Positions 1-9,158 of a DNA stretch of 41,841 nucleotides are shown one piece after another (position 1 is the stretch's first letter; each line of letters begins with the position of its first letter). Made by a program: the position numbers and the translations under genes. This stretch comes from Candidatus Heimdallarchaeota archaeon (GTDB lineage Archaea > Asgardarchaeota > Heimdallarchaeia > Hodarchaeales > Hodarchaeaceae): positions 1 to 41,841 of the forward strand of contig JBHLSH010000026.1 in NCBI GenBank assembly GCA_048881705.1. Reading direction: 5' to 3'. A model generated the notes under the pieces. That model was not told the DNA's origin, searched no databases, and saw nothing but the letters and a program-made list of their open reading frames with translations.

Positions 1-610
1 TTGAGTGGGAGGCTATGAAAGGTTTTGTGGAAGTTTTGACTACATCTTCGAACCCTAGCTTATTCAAATGTGAAACATCGAGGATTATCCCTAAATCTTC
101 CATGACTGGAATCAATTCCAATCCCTGCTGAGACAAGCCCCGTACCTTGCCTAATTCCCCCTGAAGTAATGGTGTTCCTTCCGCATATGTATTTGATCTA
201 CTCCATGCCAAGGATATACTTCTAACCCCCAATTCATAGAATATGCCTATCAGTTCTGGTTTACGTTCCAATGCTACCGCTCCCTCCATACTCAATACCA
301 TTGCTGGGAACCTTTGATCTGCTTTCAGCCGTTCATAATCTATTTTTGATCTGATTAGCGGGAAATTATCGTTTTCAAGCATTCGAGCCTCATAGATGAG
401 TTCTAAGGTGAAATCTACTGCAAGCTTGGCGAAACTGGTAGGGACAAAAAGCGCGAAAATTTGAACATCGACTCCGCCCTCAACAAGCAGTTCACGTGAC
501 ACATGAAATCTCGGGGGTTGTTCCTTGAAAATTGATGTTAATGACCGCATCATATAGGTTTTTAGGAGAGTATCAGCGTGGGCATCAATTACAACTCCTT
601 TCCAATCCAT
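1..610 (-). CDS. Membrane dipeptidase (peptidase M19 / renal dipeptidase family), truncated by the left window edge
   Basis: Not in the ORF track. Hand translation from ATG at 610 gives MDWKGVVIDAHADT...VQIFALF...LSMEG...GVRSISLAWSRSN...GIILDVSHLN...KPFIASHS, open to base 2. DAHxD, SxEG, DVSH and ASHS are M19 motifs. Confidence 0.88.
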   Translation of the reverse strand, partial: MDWKGVVIDAHADTLLKTYMMRSLTSIFKEQPPRFHVSRELLVEGGVDVQIFALFVPTSFAKLAVDFTLELIYEARMLENDNFPLIRSKIDYERLKADQRFPAMVLSMEGAVALERKPELIGIFYELGVRSISLAWSRSNTYAEGTPLLQGELGKVRGLSQQGLELIPVMEDLGIILDVSHLNKLGFEDVVKTSTKPFIASHS

Positions 611-639
611 TCTAACATCGACTCCTTGAATCTCACTTT

Positions 640-1140
640 TTAGAAATCTAGTTCGGAAATGGCATTTCGGATGGGATCTTTTTCTTTCTCTTCATCAATA
701 AGCGGTGGAAGAGTAGTTATCTCGATTTCTTCAGCTTTTTTCAGTAGCTGAATCAACCTAAGTAAATCAGATCGGATTTGATGGAATGATTCCCTGATTT
801 TTTTGACATTTGCGCGAGGTTTGGTTATGCCGATCATAACGTATTCCGGAGTAACGCCTTGCATGATCAGTTTACCATCTGCAAACTCCGATATCATAGA
901 TTCCAGATCTCCTATTTTTAAAAATGTGTCTCCCTGTTCTTGCATACCAGAATAAAGGGCACATGCAAGAGAGCCAATCCCTTCCAGATTGTAGGGAGTC
1001 TCTGAGTCTTGTTGACGAGAGACCTGACCAATCACCAACCCTGTTGCATCCGTTAGCATGATTTGTTGAAGACCATTGGAGGATTTTAATAACTGAATCA
1101 GGATTGCATGTAAACCTGTCGAAATATCCAGTACTATCAT
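640..1140 (-). CDS. Roadblock/LC7 (MglB-like) domain protein with acidic C-terminal tail
   Basis: IMLTDATGLVIG, then helix GSLACALYSG, then SMISEFADGKLIMQGVTPEYVMIGI fit the roadblock alpha-beta2-alpha-beta3-alpha pattern. Confidence 0.85.
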   Translation of the reverse strand: MIVLDISTGLHAILIQLLKSSNGLQQIMLTDATGLVIGQVSRQQDSETPYNLEGIGSLACALYSGMQEQGDTFLKIGDLESMISEFADGKLIMQGVTPEYVMIGITKPRANVKKIRESFHQIRSDLLRLIQLLKKAEEIEITTLPPLIDEEKEKDPIRNAISELDF

Positions 1141-1249
1141 CTCTTGGATAGGAGGTTTAAGGATAGTTAAACTCAGATTTTCAGAAAAAGATATGTTCTA
1201 TCTAGTTTTCAAATTTACAACGCCAATTATCAAAAATTTAATCGTTTGC

Positions 1250-2077
1250 TTATGCTAGATCAGCGGGAAGTTTTAGGAGCTTAAGAACATATTCTAGCGA
1301 GAAAGTCGTGGCCAGTGTATGTATAGGGTCATGCCACTTGGAACAACCTGGATATAGTAGAGGTACCGCCTGGGCAGGGATCCCAGCTTCCATGATGTAG
1401 GTTTTACCTAGGGCCAGTTCAGGGAGACAGGCAACTGCGATTAATCCAAAATTGCCTAATTTTTTTTGTAGGTTTTTGAAAACTCGGGAAAACGATGGTT
1501 CTTTGAATCGCTTTCCCATGGTGATGTAGGTGTGAAACCCGTTGGTATCCCCCAGGTGACTCAGTTTAAGGGCTGGGGAATATTCATCCGTATTACTTCC
1601 TACAATACGATGCCATCCTATTTTGCTACGTTTTACCTTTAGAAGGTCATAATTAGGACCAGTCAAACACCGTGGGAGAACCACTACCTTAGTGGGGGTA
1701 GCTTCAAATGCAGCGCGCATGAATAAGTTTGAATACTCAATTAGAAGCATATATAGCAAATACTCTGATTTTTGGGTGTGAATCATGGGATTCCTATAGT
1801 CAATGTTCAGCTTTTTCTGTTCTACAGCCTCGTTATATGTTTGACATTCTTGAAGATATTTCTCAAGAATCGGAGAAACCTGCTCTTCAAACTTTTTCTG
1901 CGCATCTTTCACGGCTCGGAGATAATCCGTAAATCCTGACAAACCCTCTCCATTATTGATGTAATAAGGAAAAACCGCATTATTCATTTCGTCTTTCTGA
2001 TCCTTCACTGGAAATCCCATGCCTTCGCAATATTGGCCTGTTTTACCCGAATGATGAAATATGTAACCTTTGGTCAA
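1250..2077 (-). CDS. DUF116-family protein
   Basis: C-terminal motifs VVLPRCL, GLIAVACxxEL and PAQAVPLLxxGC resemble DUF116. TTG start. Confidence 0.68.
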   Translation of the reverse strand: MTKGYIFHHSGKTGQYCEGMGFPVKDQKDEMNNAVFPYYINNGEGLSGFTDYLRAVKDAQKKFEEQVSPILEKYLQECQTYNEAVEQKKLNIDYRNPMIHTQKSEYLLYMLLIEYSNLFMRAAFEATPTKVVVLPRCLTGPNYDLLKVKRSKIGWHRIVGSNTDEYSPALKLSHLGDTNGFHTYITMGKRFKEPSFSRVFKNLQKKLGNFGLIAVACLPELALGKTYIMEAGIPAQAVPLLYPGCSKWHDPIHTLATTFSLEYVLKLLKLPADLA

Positions 2078-2111
2078 ATACGGGAATTCTAACGCTTATC
2101 CAGGTTTTACA

Positions 2112-3428
2112 ATGATGACCTCCTTGAATCGGTTCCTTATGATTCAATCCTTGCCCGAATCATTGCAAAGCGATGTTAAGAACTTCTTTTTGGTCAGTAA
2201 TTTTAGGATATTTATTGAAAGCCTCACCTCAATTGTTCTCATCCTTTATCTGTTAGATTCCTTACCACCCGAGCAAGTAGGTTTTATTTGGGCTGTAAAT
2301 TTCGCGGTTAATACTCTCCTTGATTATCCAACTGGAGTATTGGGAGATCTAATTGGTCATAAAAAGGTACTTGGCTTGGCTTATGCTTTTAAAATTATTG
2401 GAGTCGGGATTCTTATTCCAGCAAAAGTATTCGGTGATTTCTTACTTTTCATGATTATAATGGGATTCGCATCATCTCAAGAGAGCGGAGCACTCCAATC
2501 ATGGTTTGATAACTCATATAGGGTCAAATCAAAGACCCTAGATAAAGATCGAAGTATCTATACAAGTTTCACAACCAAGAATGGGTTTGTAGCCAACCTT
2601 GCGTATATTACTGGATTTGTAGTAGGAGGGGCAGTAGCAACCTATGTTTCTCGGCAAGCACTCTTTACTTTCAGATTGATATTAGAAGTAATTATTTTAA
2701 TCATAGTAATCATTCGGATAAGGGAATTTACCGTTAGCAATGGCTCTCCGTTGTCAATCAGAAATTATCTGATTCAAACTTATTCGGGAATATACTTCTT
2801 ATTTCACAGAAGATCAGTTTTTTTCTATTTCATTGGGTCGGCCTTCATTTTTGCAGTCAATGGAACAGTTTGGCATCCACTCATGCTATTTAGAGTCTAT
2901 GAAACATATTCGGGGTCTGATGCCGGAGCGGGAGTGATGCGCTCTTTGATCTTTGCGAGTGGGTTATTTTGGCAATATCTTCTCATAAACAGAATGGTTC
3001 ATTTTAGCCATAGATCTTATTGGTGGGTTTTTGTATCTTCAGTCATGAGTAATTCTGTATTCTTCGGATTAATCATGCTCTATTTCATCTTTTTGCCGCC
3101 TTTGGGATTCAACTTCTTTCTCGTAGCAGGTTTATTTGCAATTTATCAAATTCCTTCATTTCTTGAATCACTGGAATTTATCCTGAGGAATAAGATTAAT
3201 CTTGATCTTGTACCTGACGAATTAAGGAATAGTGTATATTCTCTGATACCGACTATTGTGACGGGACTGGGGTTCCCGTTTGTACTGGTTGGAGGAAATG
3301 TTATTGGTGCCTTCGGTTTTGTTTCGGGGTTTTATGTTCTGATCATCATCTCCCTAACTGGTTCTCTGTTATTGGGGTTGGGACTATTCTTCAGGACAAA
3401 GGAAACTACCTTAATCAAAACGAGTTGA
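2112..3428 (+). CDS. MFS transporter
   Basis: About 12 hydrophobic segments; MFS motif A-like DYPTGVLGDLIGHKK; SGALQSWF. ATG at 2112 is preferred over the track TTG at 2070, which overlaps the divergent gene start. Confidence 0.85.
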   Translation: MMTSLNRFLMIQSLPESLQSDVKNFFLVSNFRIFIESLTSIVLILYLLDSLPPEQVGFIWAVNFAVNTLLDYPTGVLGDLIGHKKVLGLAYAFKIIGVGILIPAKVFGDFLLFMIIMGFASSQESGALQSWFDNSYRVKSKTLDKDRSIYTSFTTKNGFVANLAYITGFVVGGAVATYVSRQALFTFRLILEVIILIIVIIRIREFTVSNGSPLSIRNYLIQTYSGIYFLFHRRSVFFYFIGSAFIFAVNGTVWHPLMLFRVYETYSGSDAGAGVMRSLIFASGLFWQYLLINRMVHFSHRSYWWVFVSSVMSNSVFFGLIMLYFIFLPPLGFNFFLVAGLFAIYQIPSFLESLEFILRNKINLDLVPDELRNSVYSLIPTIVTGLGFPFVLVGGNVIGAFGFVSGFYVLIIISLTGSLLLGLGLFFRTKETTLIKTS

Positions 3429-3965
3429 GCGGAATTTGCGCTCATAACACGATCTTCACCAGTAGCATCGAATGGAATTTCAAGCTCCGTTTCATTCATT
3501 AACACCGTTGGTTGTTGAAATGACAGAAGGAACTCAAAATACCCTTAATTGCATGGAGACCAATGCAGCAGCCATTGGGAATCCTTTATTGCTAGCTTGA
3601 GCCCACACTGTGAATAAAAACCCTCCCAGTAAGTTTTTTTCAAAGAGTTCATTATTGGCCAACCATTTCAATGCTGGAAAGTACTTTGGAGACTGGAAAT
3701 AACAGGCCAAATAACTTAGATTAGCTATTAAGCTAAAACCCATGAAAGTGAGTGTCATAAACATTCTATTGTTTGCAGAGGCCGGTCTAGAAAACTTATG
3801 ATTTTGAAAGTTATTATATCAAGCTAACTTACTGTTTTTGGGTTTTGTTCGTGAAATAAAAAGGTCTGATTCAATTTCCATATGATTGAATACCAAGAAA
3901 TATAAGTTCAGTGGATTTTTACGCTATGCACTCTCACACTTGATTAAAACGGAAGGTAACGCCAA

Positions 3966-4292
3966 TTGTTCTGTGATAACTGTGGAAATGAGGTAGATGA
4001 TGATAGCGTATTTTGTTCGCGTTGTGGCAATCAACTAATACCGCAAAAGGCTCCCCCAAGCAACGTCCCGAGGCCTACGCGCCCAGCAATGAGAACGAGA
4101 CGCGAGGGTCAAGATTTCTTATGTTTTGGAGAAGAAGCGGGAGAAAATCCTTATGCTGGCGGGATAGTACTAATCTGTATCGGTGTTTTTCTAGTGTTAT
4201 TGTTCTTCTTTCCAACCTTTCGTATTGAATTTTTGGTGCCACTTGCGTTTATGGTATTCGGAGCCATGATAATTATTAATGCCCGGAAGTGA
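3966..4292 (+). CDS. Zinc-ribbon domain membrane protein (2 TM)
   Basis: CDNCG...FCSRCG at the N-terminus, Pro/Arg linker, DFLCFGE, two C-terminal TM helices. Confidence 0.8.
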   Translation: MFCDNCGNEVDDDSVFCSRCGNQLIPQKAPPSNVPRPTRPAMRTRREGQDFLCFGEEAGENPYAGGIVLICIGVFLVLLFFFPTFRIEFLVPLAFMVFGAMIIINARK

Positions 4293-4297
4293 GGTGA
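4291..4297 (+). promoter_or_regulatory. Shine-Dalgarno-like RBS GAGGTGA
   Basis: GAGGTGA lies 2 nt before ATG 4300 and supports that start over the track start at 4279. Confidence 0.55.
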
Positions 4298-4299
4298 TT

Positions 4300-4788
4300 A
4301 TGTTGAGTAAAACATGTTCAAAGTGCGGCCATCCAAATGAAAAGGATTCAAACTTCTGTCGAAATTGCGGTGCTAATCTAGCATCCCAGGCTCTTCCAAC
4401 CAAGACGGGGGATAAAGTTGAATTTGTTGGTGATTCCCGATCTAAAGAACAGGATGATTTTTTATGTTTTGGGGAGACATCTAATGTAGAGGGAGCTGCC
4501 GTCGTAGGCGGCATCTTCATCATTGTGGGACTCTTCATTGGAGTAGTCCTTCTCTTTCCTGGCTTCATTGGGGACTTTTTCGGTAATTTTGGTGAATCTA
4601 TGGGGCGTCTTGGGAGTGATTTTGGGAATGCAATGGGAAACTGGGGATCAACCTTCGGACAGTCGGTGGGATATTTCTTCAATAACCTTTTCAGTGAAAA
4701 TCTCTGGTGGGATGTTCTCCAGTTGTTAATTCCAATTGGATTTATTATCTTGGGAATTGTAGTTATTTTCAGAAGCAGAAGAACCTAA
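4300..4788 (+). CDS. Zinc-ribbon domain membrane protein, tandem paralog of the previous gene
   Basis: CSKCG...FCRNCG, DFLCFGE, TM, Gly-rich amphipathic segment, TM. Confidence 0.8.
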   Translation: MLSKTCSKCGHPNEKDSNFCRNCGANLASQALPTKTGDKVEFVGDSRSKEQDDFLCFGETSNVEGAAVVGGIFIIVGLFIGVVLLFPGFIGDFFGNFGESMGRLGSDFGNAMGNWGSTFGQSVGYFFNNLFSENLWWDVLQLLIPIGFIILGIVVIFRSRRT

Positions 4789-4811
4789 TTAGCCACTAAT
4801 GCGATTAAAAA

Positions 4812-7661
4812 ATGAGTGATTCGAAGGTAAAATCTGAATTTGAGAAACAAATCTACCTACTGTGGAAATCGAAATATAGAACAGAACGAGACTGGAAAGA
4901 ATTCCTTGATTGCCTATCTCTTGAAGAAGTTACATTCCTGGGGAGATTTTCTTCTCACATATTCAAGTTCCTCGCAAAAGATATATTCATTATTGCTCAC
5001 GGAGATATAGGGAAGGATGAAGAATGTTTAAGCTCTCTTAGCGAAGTTAAAAAAGATTTAAATCTCAGTGGCAAGGATTTGATCGTTGTAGCGGCGCTGT
5101 TAGAGCCGTTTCAAAATATTTCATTTTTCTTTCAAGCCGGAGACAAGACAAATTCGAAAATCAAGGTTATTCGAATTCCTCGGTTTCATGTTCCGGATTA
5201 TTTTTCTCTCGATAGGAGAGTTGTTTCTTCTAGGAGTTTAAAGGAACTTTTCTACAGTTGGAGCGACCAAACCTCACTAGAGAGGAAGTACTTGGATGCC
5301 TTTGATGATTCAAAAACTAATCTAAGGGATAAAGTTTATCTTGCCACGCTTACACTAATTTGGGGACTTTTATTCCATTTAGAAGGGAATGAATTCTCCT
5401 TATCCGATAACAATATCGAGCAGACTGAATTTCGTAAGATAACTTCAATACACCTGGGGGAGTTAATCATGCCTGGTGCTGGCTCTTCAGGCAACTCACA
5501 GGTAAAAGAATTGCTAGAAGAAATCGTTGCTTCTGCTGATAGCCTGGATTTTCAGTTGATAAACTATTTGTCGCAATATTTTCCTTACTCGTGGGTTGAA
5601 CCCTCAACAGCTCTCCAAGAGATCGCGATAACTCCTGTCATGCTCTCAAGACTCTTTGAATCCTTCGGGAAGGGGGGAAAAAAACACGGAAAATACTACA
5701 CAAAAATCGTAGATGCAGAATTCCTCAGTTTCCTTGGTCTATATCGATATTTACGGACCAGTCAGCAAGAGATTGACTTTGAAAGTCTTCGTGACGCGTA
5801 TTACTATCCCCTAATATCTTCTAATGGCGAATCGAATTATCCCCTTCCTTCTCAGGAAATTTCCATAAAGATTCTGGATCCAAGTTGTGGGACAGGAACG
5901 TTCCTGATCTCGGTAGCCAATTTAATAATCCGCTTTCTGCAGATCAATACAAAACCTATTCGCTTTGAACTTCATTTCTGGGGAGTCGATATCGCCTCAC
6001 TCCCCCTCTGGATAGCTAAAGCGCGAATAACGTTCCTAAAAATGATCAACTCGAAGAAAATTGGATCTCAGATGAACTTGCCCCTCAAAATAGACACCGT
6101 GAGTTTTATTAGGTCGGATTTTTTTGCATGTTCTTTTCCTACTTCTTTCGACCTGATCGTGGGCAATCCTCCATGGGTACGTCACGAAGATATAGACTAT
6201 GGAATCCGAAGTGGCTCGGTCAGCAAGTCTGAAATCCACAATAAAATATCACAGGAATTGGGAACAGGAATAGTTCTCGACAAAAGGAGCGATCTATCAA
6301 TCTTTTTTTGCTTAAGAGCACTCTCTCTACTCAATCCAGGGATCGGCCAACTTTCCTTTATTATGCCTATTTCATGGTTAGAAGTTAAGTTTGGGCAGAG
6401 TCTCCAAAACTTTCTGCTAGATCCACTTAACCACATTTCAAGATTTGAGGTACTTAATTGGGAAAAAGAACGCCTCTGGGAGGAGTTGGGGGTCAATTCT
6501 GTCTTTTTTTTGGCATCTCGAGAGGGAAAGGTTCCGAAGCGCCTGGCGGACGGATTTTTTACGAGTTCTTCGGTGCCCTTTTTTGAGATTCCTCCCGCAA
6601 ACTTGCAGGATGGAATTCTTGAATTAAAGGAACACAGGTTCGATATCTATCGAACGGAAAAAATAGAAGGGGCTGTTTTGAAAACCAATAGAAAATGGGC
6701 GGGTAGTTATCTACGTACACCTTTTAAGGTACGTAGAATCATTAAAACACTTCAGTCCAAAGGGATATCCCTTGGTAAACTCGCTATGGTACGATTCGGG
6801 ATAAAAACGGGTGCAAACGATTTTTTTTACATGGAGTTAGGCGAAAAACCATCGTCTGATCCTAATCTTATTTTTGTGCGAAATCGTTTAGGCTTTGATG
6901 GTTTAATGGAAAAAAAATACTGCATTCCTATAGTAAAGTCACCAATCGAAATTCAAGGCTTTGTTATACCCAATCCGTTTGTATCAACTCGTTTACTCTT
7001 TTATTGTCAGGATTCCGTCGATGATCTCGAGTCCAAGCAGGCGCGCCATTTGATTGAATGGGGAGAATCAATAAAACTTAAAATCAAGCAAGGATTTAAC
7101 AGCGGAAACCAGATACAAGGAATTAAATCTTTAAGAAGTGTCAAAGGAAGGAAACAGTGGTATTCCATTCCCGAAACACCCGTTCCTGATCTTGTTTGGA
7201 CAAAAAGTTTTCATGATCGTCCAGGCTGTATACTCAATGAGAAAAGAATACTTGCCGATCAAAGATTCTACTCCATTGTATTGAAAGATAAATCTCTCAC
7301 TTCTCTGGTCTTCCTTTACCTCAATAGTTCATTGGTATGGGCTCAAAGTGAAATTCAAGGGAATACAAACATGGGATTTGGAGTACTCGATACAAACGTG
7401 TATTTTTTAAGGAGCATTTTCATACCTGTAGGTCTTGTATCTGATCCTAAAAAACGGAAAAGCGTAGAGGACTTGGCCAATCGACTAAAAATTCAACCAA
7501 AAAGATATTCCATGTTAGCCAATGCTCCACTACTCCATGAAATAGATGCATTGTTCTTTGATCACTTCGATATCTCTGAAAAGGATCGGAAAAGACTCTC
7601 TTACTTCGTAACGAATACATTGAAGAAAAGGATACGGATGACAACCAATCGAAAGGAATAA
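4812..7661 (+). CDS. Eco57I/type IIG-like N6-adenine DNA methyltransferase with C-terminal target-recognition region
   Basis: GKYYT, motif I ILDPSCGTGTFL, GVDI, FDLIVGNPPW (motif IV), GIKTGANDFF, and a TaqI-C-like C-terminus (LYLNSSL). Confidence 0.85.
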   Translation: MSDSKVKSEFEKQIYLLWKSKYRTERDWKEFLDCLSLEEVTFLGRFSSHIFKFLAKDIFIIAHGDIGKDEECLSSLSEVKKDLNLSGKDLIVVAALLEPFQNISFFFQAGDKTNSKIKVIRIPRFHVPDYFSLDRRVVSSRSLKELFYSWSDQTSLERKYLDAFDDSKTNLRDKVYLATLTLIWGLLFHLEGNEFSLSDNNIEQTEFRKITSIHLGELIMPGAGSSGNSQVKELLEEIVASADSLDFQLINYLSQYFPYSWVEPSTALQEIAITPVMLSRLFESFGKGGKKHGKYYTKIVDAEFLSFLGLYRYLRTSQQEIDFESLRDAYYYPLISSNGESNYPLPSQEISIKILDPSCGTGTFLISVANLIIRFLQINTKPIRFELHFWGVDIASLPLWIAKARITFLKMINSKKIGSQMNLPLKIDTVSFIRSDFFACSFPTSFDLIVGNPPWVRHEDIDYGIRSGSVSKSEIHNKISQELGTGIVLDKRSDLSIFFCLRALSLLNPGIGQLSFIMPISWLEVKFGQSLQNFLLDPLNHISRFEVLNWEKERLWEELGVNSVFFLASREGKVPKRLADGFFTSSSVPFFEIPPANLQDGILELKEHRFDIYRTEKIEGAVLKTNRKWAGSYLRTPFKVRRIIKTLQSKGISLGKLAMVRFGIKTGANDFFYMELGEKPSSDPNLIFVRNRLGFDGLMEKKYCIPIVKSPIEIQGFVIPNPFVSTRLLFYCQDSVDDLESKQARHLIEWGESIKLKIKQGFNSGNQIQGIKSLRSVKGRKQWYSIPETPVPDLVWTKSFHDRPGCILNEKRILADQRFYSIVLKDKSLTSLVFLYLNSSLVWAQSEIQGNTNMGFGVLDTNVYFLRSIFIPVGLVSDPKKRKSVEDLANRLKIQPKRYSMLANAPLLHEIDALFFDHFDISEKDRKRLSYFVTNTLKKRIRMTTNRKE

Positions 7662-7711
7662 ATCAAGTTTAGAGTGAGTGAGTGTACTCGTAAATCGGGT
7701 GAATTACAGGT

Positions 7712-8341
7712 TTGAACGCAACCGATGAAGAGGTTCCTCCAAATATTAGGTCAGTTATAGACCAGCTCGTGCGGCAACAGTTTTTTCTAACCCCTAACTA
7801 TATTATTGATCGCACAAGTCGTAACAGGTTGGAAGTAGAAGGATCTAATGAAATTCTAGCTTTTTTTTCTGAATTTCTCTTTAGAAAGATGAAGGATTTA
7901 GATGGAACAGATCCCAAACCCTATATTTCAGCCTTGTTCTCGGTAATCGATAAACTCCAACTGGAAAAAGGTGACTTGATATCAAGGTTTGAGAGAAAAG
8001 CAGGAAGTTTCCTGATCGAAGGGTTGGCATCAGAAACCATTCTCGTAATTACCACTGTCTCTACTATATTAGAATCGCTAGATGCAAAACATTTCGAAAC
8101 TCTAATGAAAAATCTTCGTTCATCGTTTTTAAAGGTAGCTAGGTATCGAAACTTAGAAGAATTGTTTGACGAAGGGATCAAACGACTAGGGGAAACAGCA
8201 AATCCTGATTTTTCTCTATTACTAAATCTGGTAAAGATAAAGGATTTGGCGAGGCTTTTCGGAGGAGTTATTCAGCTCAAACCTCAAGAAGAAGAGCGTA
8301 TTCGAAATAGAATTATTCAAGAACTTTTGTCCCGTGATTAG
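7712..8341 (+). CDS. Hypothetical, mostly alpha-helical protein
   Basis: 209-aa ORF co-directional with its neighbours, short gaps, no recognised motif. Confidence 0.6.
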   Translation: MNATDEEVPPNIRSVIDQLVRQQFFLTPNYIIDRTSRNRLEVEGSNEILAFFSEFLFRKMKDLDGTDPKPYISALFSVIDKLQLEKGDLISRFERKAGSFLIEGLASETILVITTVSTILESLDAKHFETLMKNLRSSFLKVARYRNLEELFDEGIKRLGETANPDFSLLLNLVKIKDLARLFGGVIQLKPQEEERIRNRIIQELLSRD

Positions 8342-8420
8342 AATGCTTTTTGCACAAACCCTTTAATTGGGTACATCTGAAAGATAACAATCGTCTTCTA
8401 GATAAAAGGATGTAACTGAT

Positions 8421-9035
8421 ATGTTCGAAATCTTGTTTGATGTCCTACCTCTCATCTTGGTTCTCGCTGGAGCCATTGGATTACTTTATGGAGTAGATAG
8501 ACTCACAAAGAGGGCTAAACATGAATCTGGCCTCTTTAAGTATATCGCGTTGGCTACATCGATTATAATTGGATTAGTAAACGTGGTTCTTATCTTTGAA
8601 TGGAAAATCTTGGCAACAGCTACAGTTCAAGATAGATTACATTGGCTAACAATCCTTCTGATCTTCATTGCCGGATCCTCAATGTTGGCCGAATCCTTGA
8701 AGGAAACGCCGCTCGCTGCTGTCATTGCAATTATTGCATTCGGAGCATTATCTGGTTTGTTCTTATTTACAGCAGACTTTAGCGATGGTTTCGCAAATCC
8801 GGAGGTGCTTGGCATCGTGCCAGTTCCGCTATCTCTTGTTATATTGGTGATTGTAGTTCTTGTCGGCATAATATTCCTACTAACTTTTCTCACGGAATTC
8901 ACCGTTGATAAACTTCTTGATGTTATAGGTTGGTCTCCAATCGTCATCGTATTCTCAGCCCTATTACTTGTTCAGGGAGCATTAATCTTCGTCCTCACCG
9001 ATGCAGGCGGTATTTGGGCATTATTAGGTCTTTGA
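8421..9035 (+). CDS. Hypothetical multi-pass membrane protein (about 6 TM)
   Basis: Strongly hydrophobic segments throughout; ATG start. Confidence 0.68.
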   Translation: MFEILFDVLPLILVLAGAIGLLYGVDRLTKRAKHESGLFKYIALATSIIIGLVNVVLIFEWKILATATVQDRLHWLTILLIFIAGSSMLAESLKETPLAAVIAIIAFGALSGLFLFTADFSDGFANPEVLGIVPVPLSLVILVIVVLVGIIFLLTFLTEFTVDKLLDVIGWSPIVIVFSALLLVQGALIFVLTDAGGIWALLGL

Positions 9036-9158
9036 AGACAATTGGGTTCCCTATTGGAACCCTTCTTCCATTTTATTTGTCGAGATTCTGCATCCCATGG
9101 TTTTCCTGTCGCTAAATACTGTTTGCGGTAAAACAAGGATATTTAACTGTTTCTTACT

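Noticed and set aside
3534-3764. 76-aa minus-strand ORF in the MFS/zinc-ribbon gap
   Set aside because: No motif, RBS or family resemblance; cannot be supported, though not excluded.
4812-7661. BREX PglX or DISARM methylase
   Set aside because: No pglZ, brxC or drm genes in the window, and the AAA+ gene is 23 kb away on the other strand.
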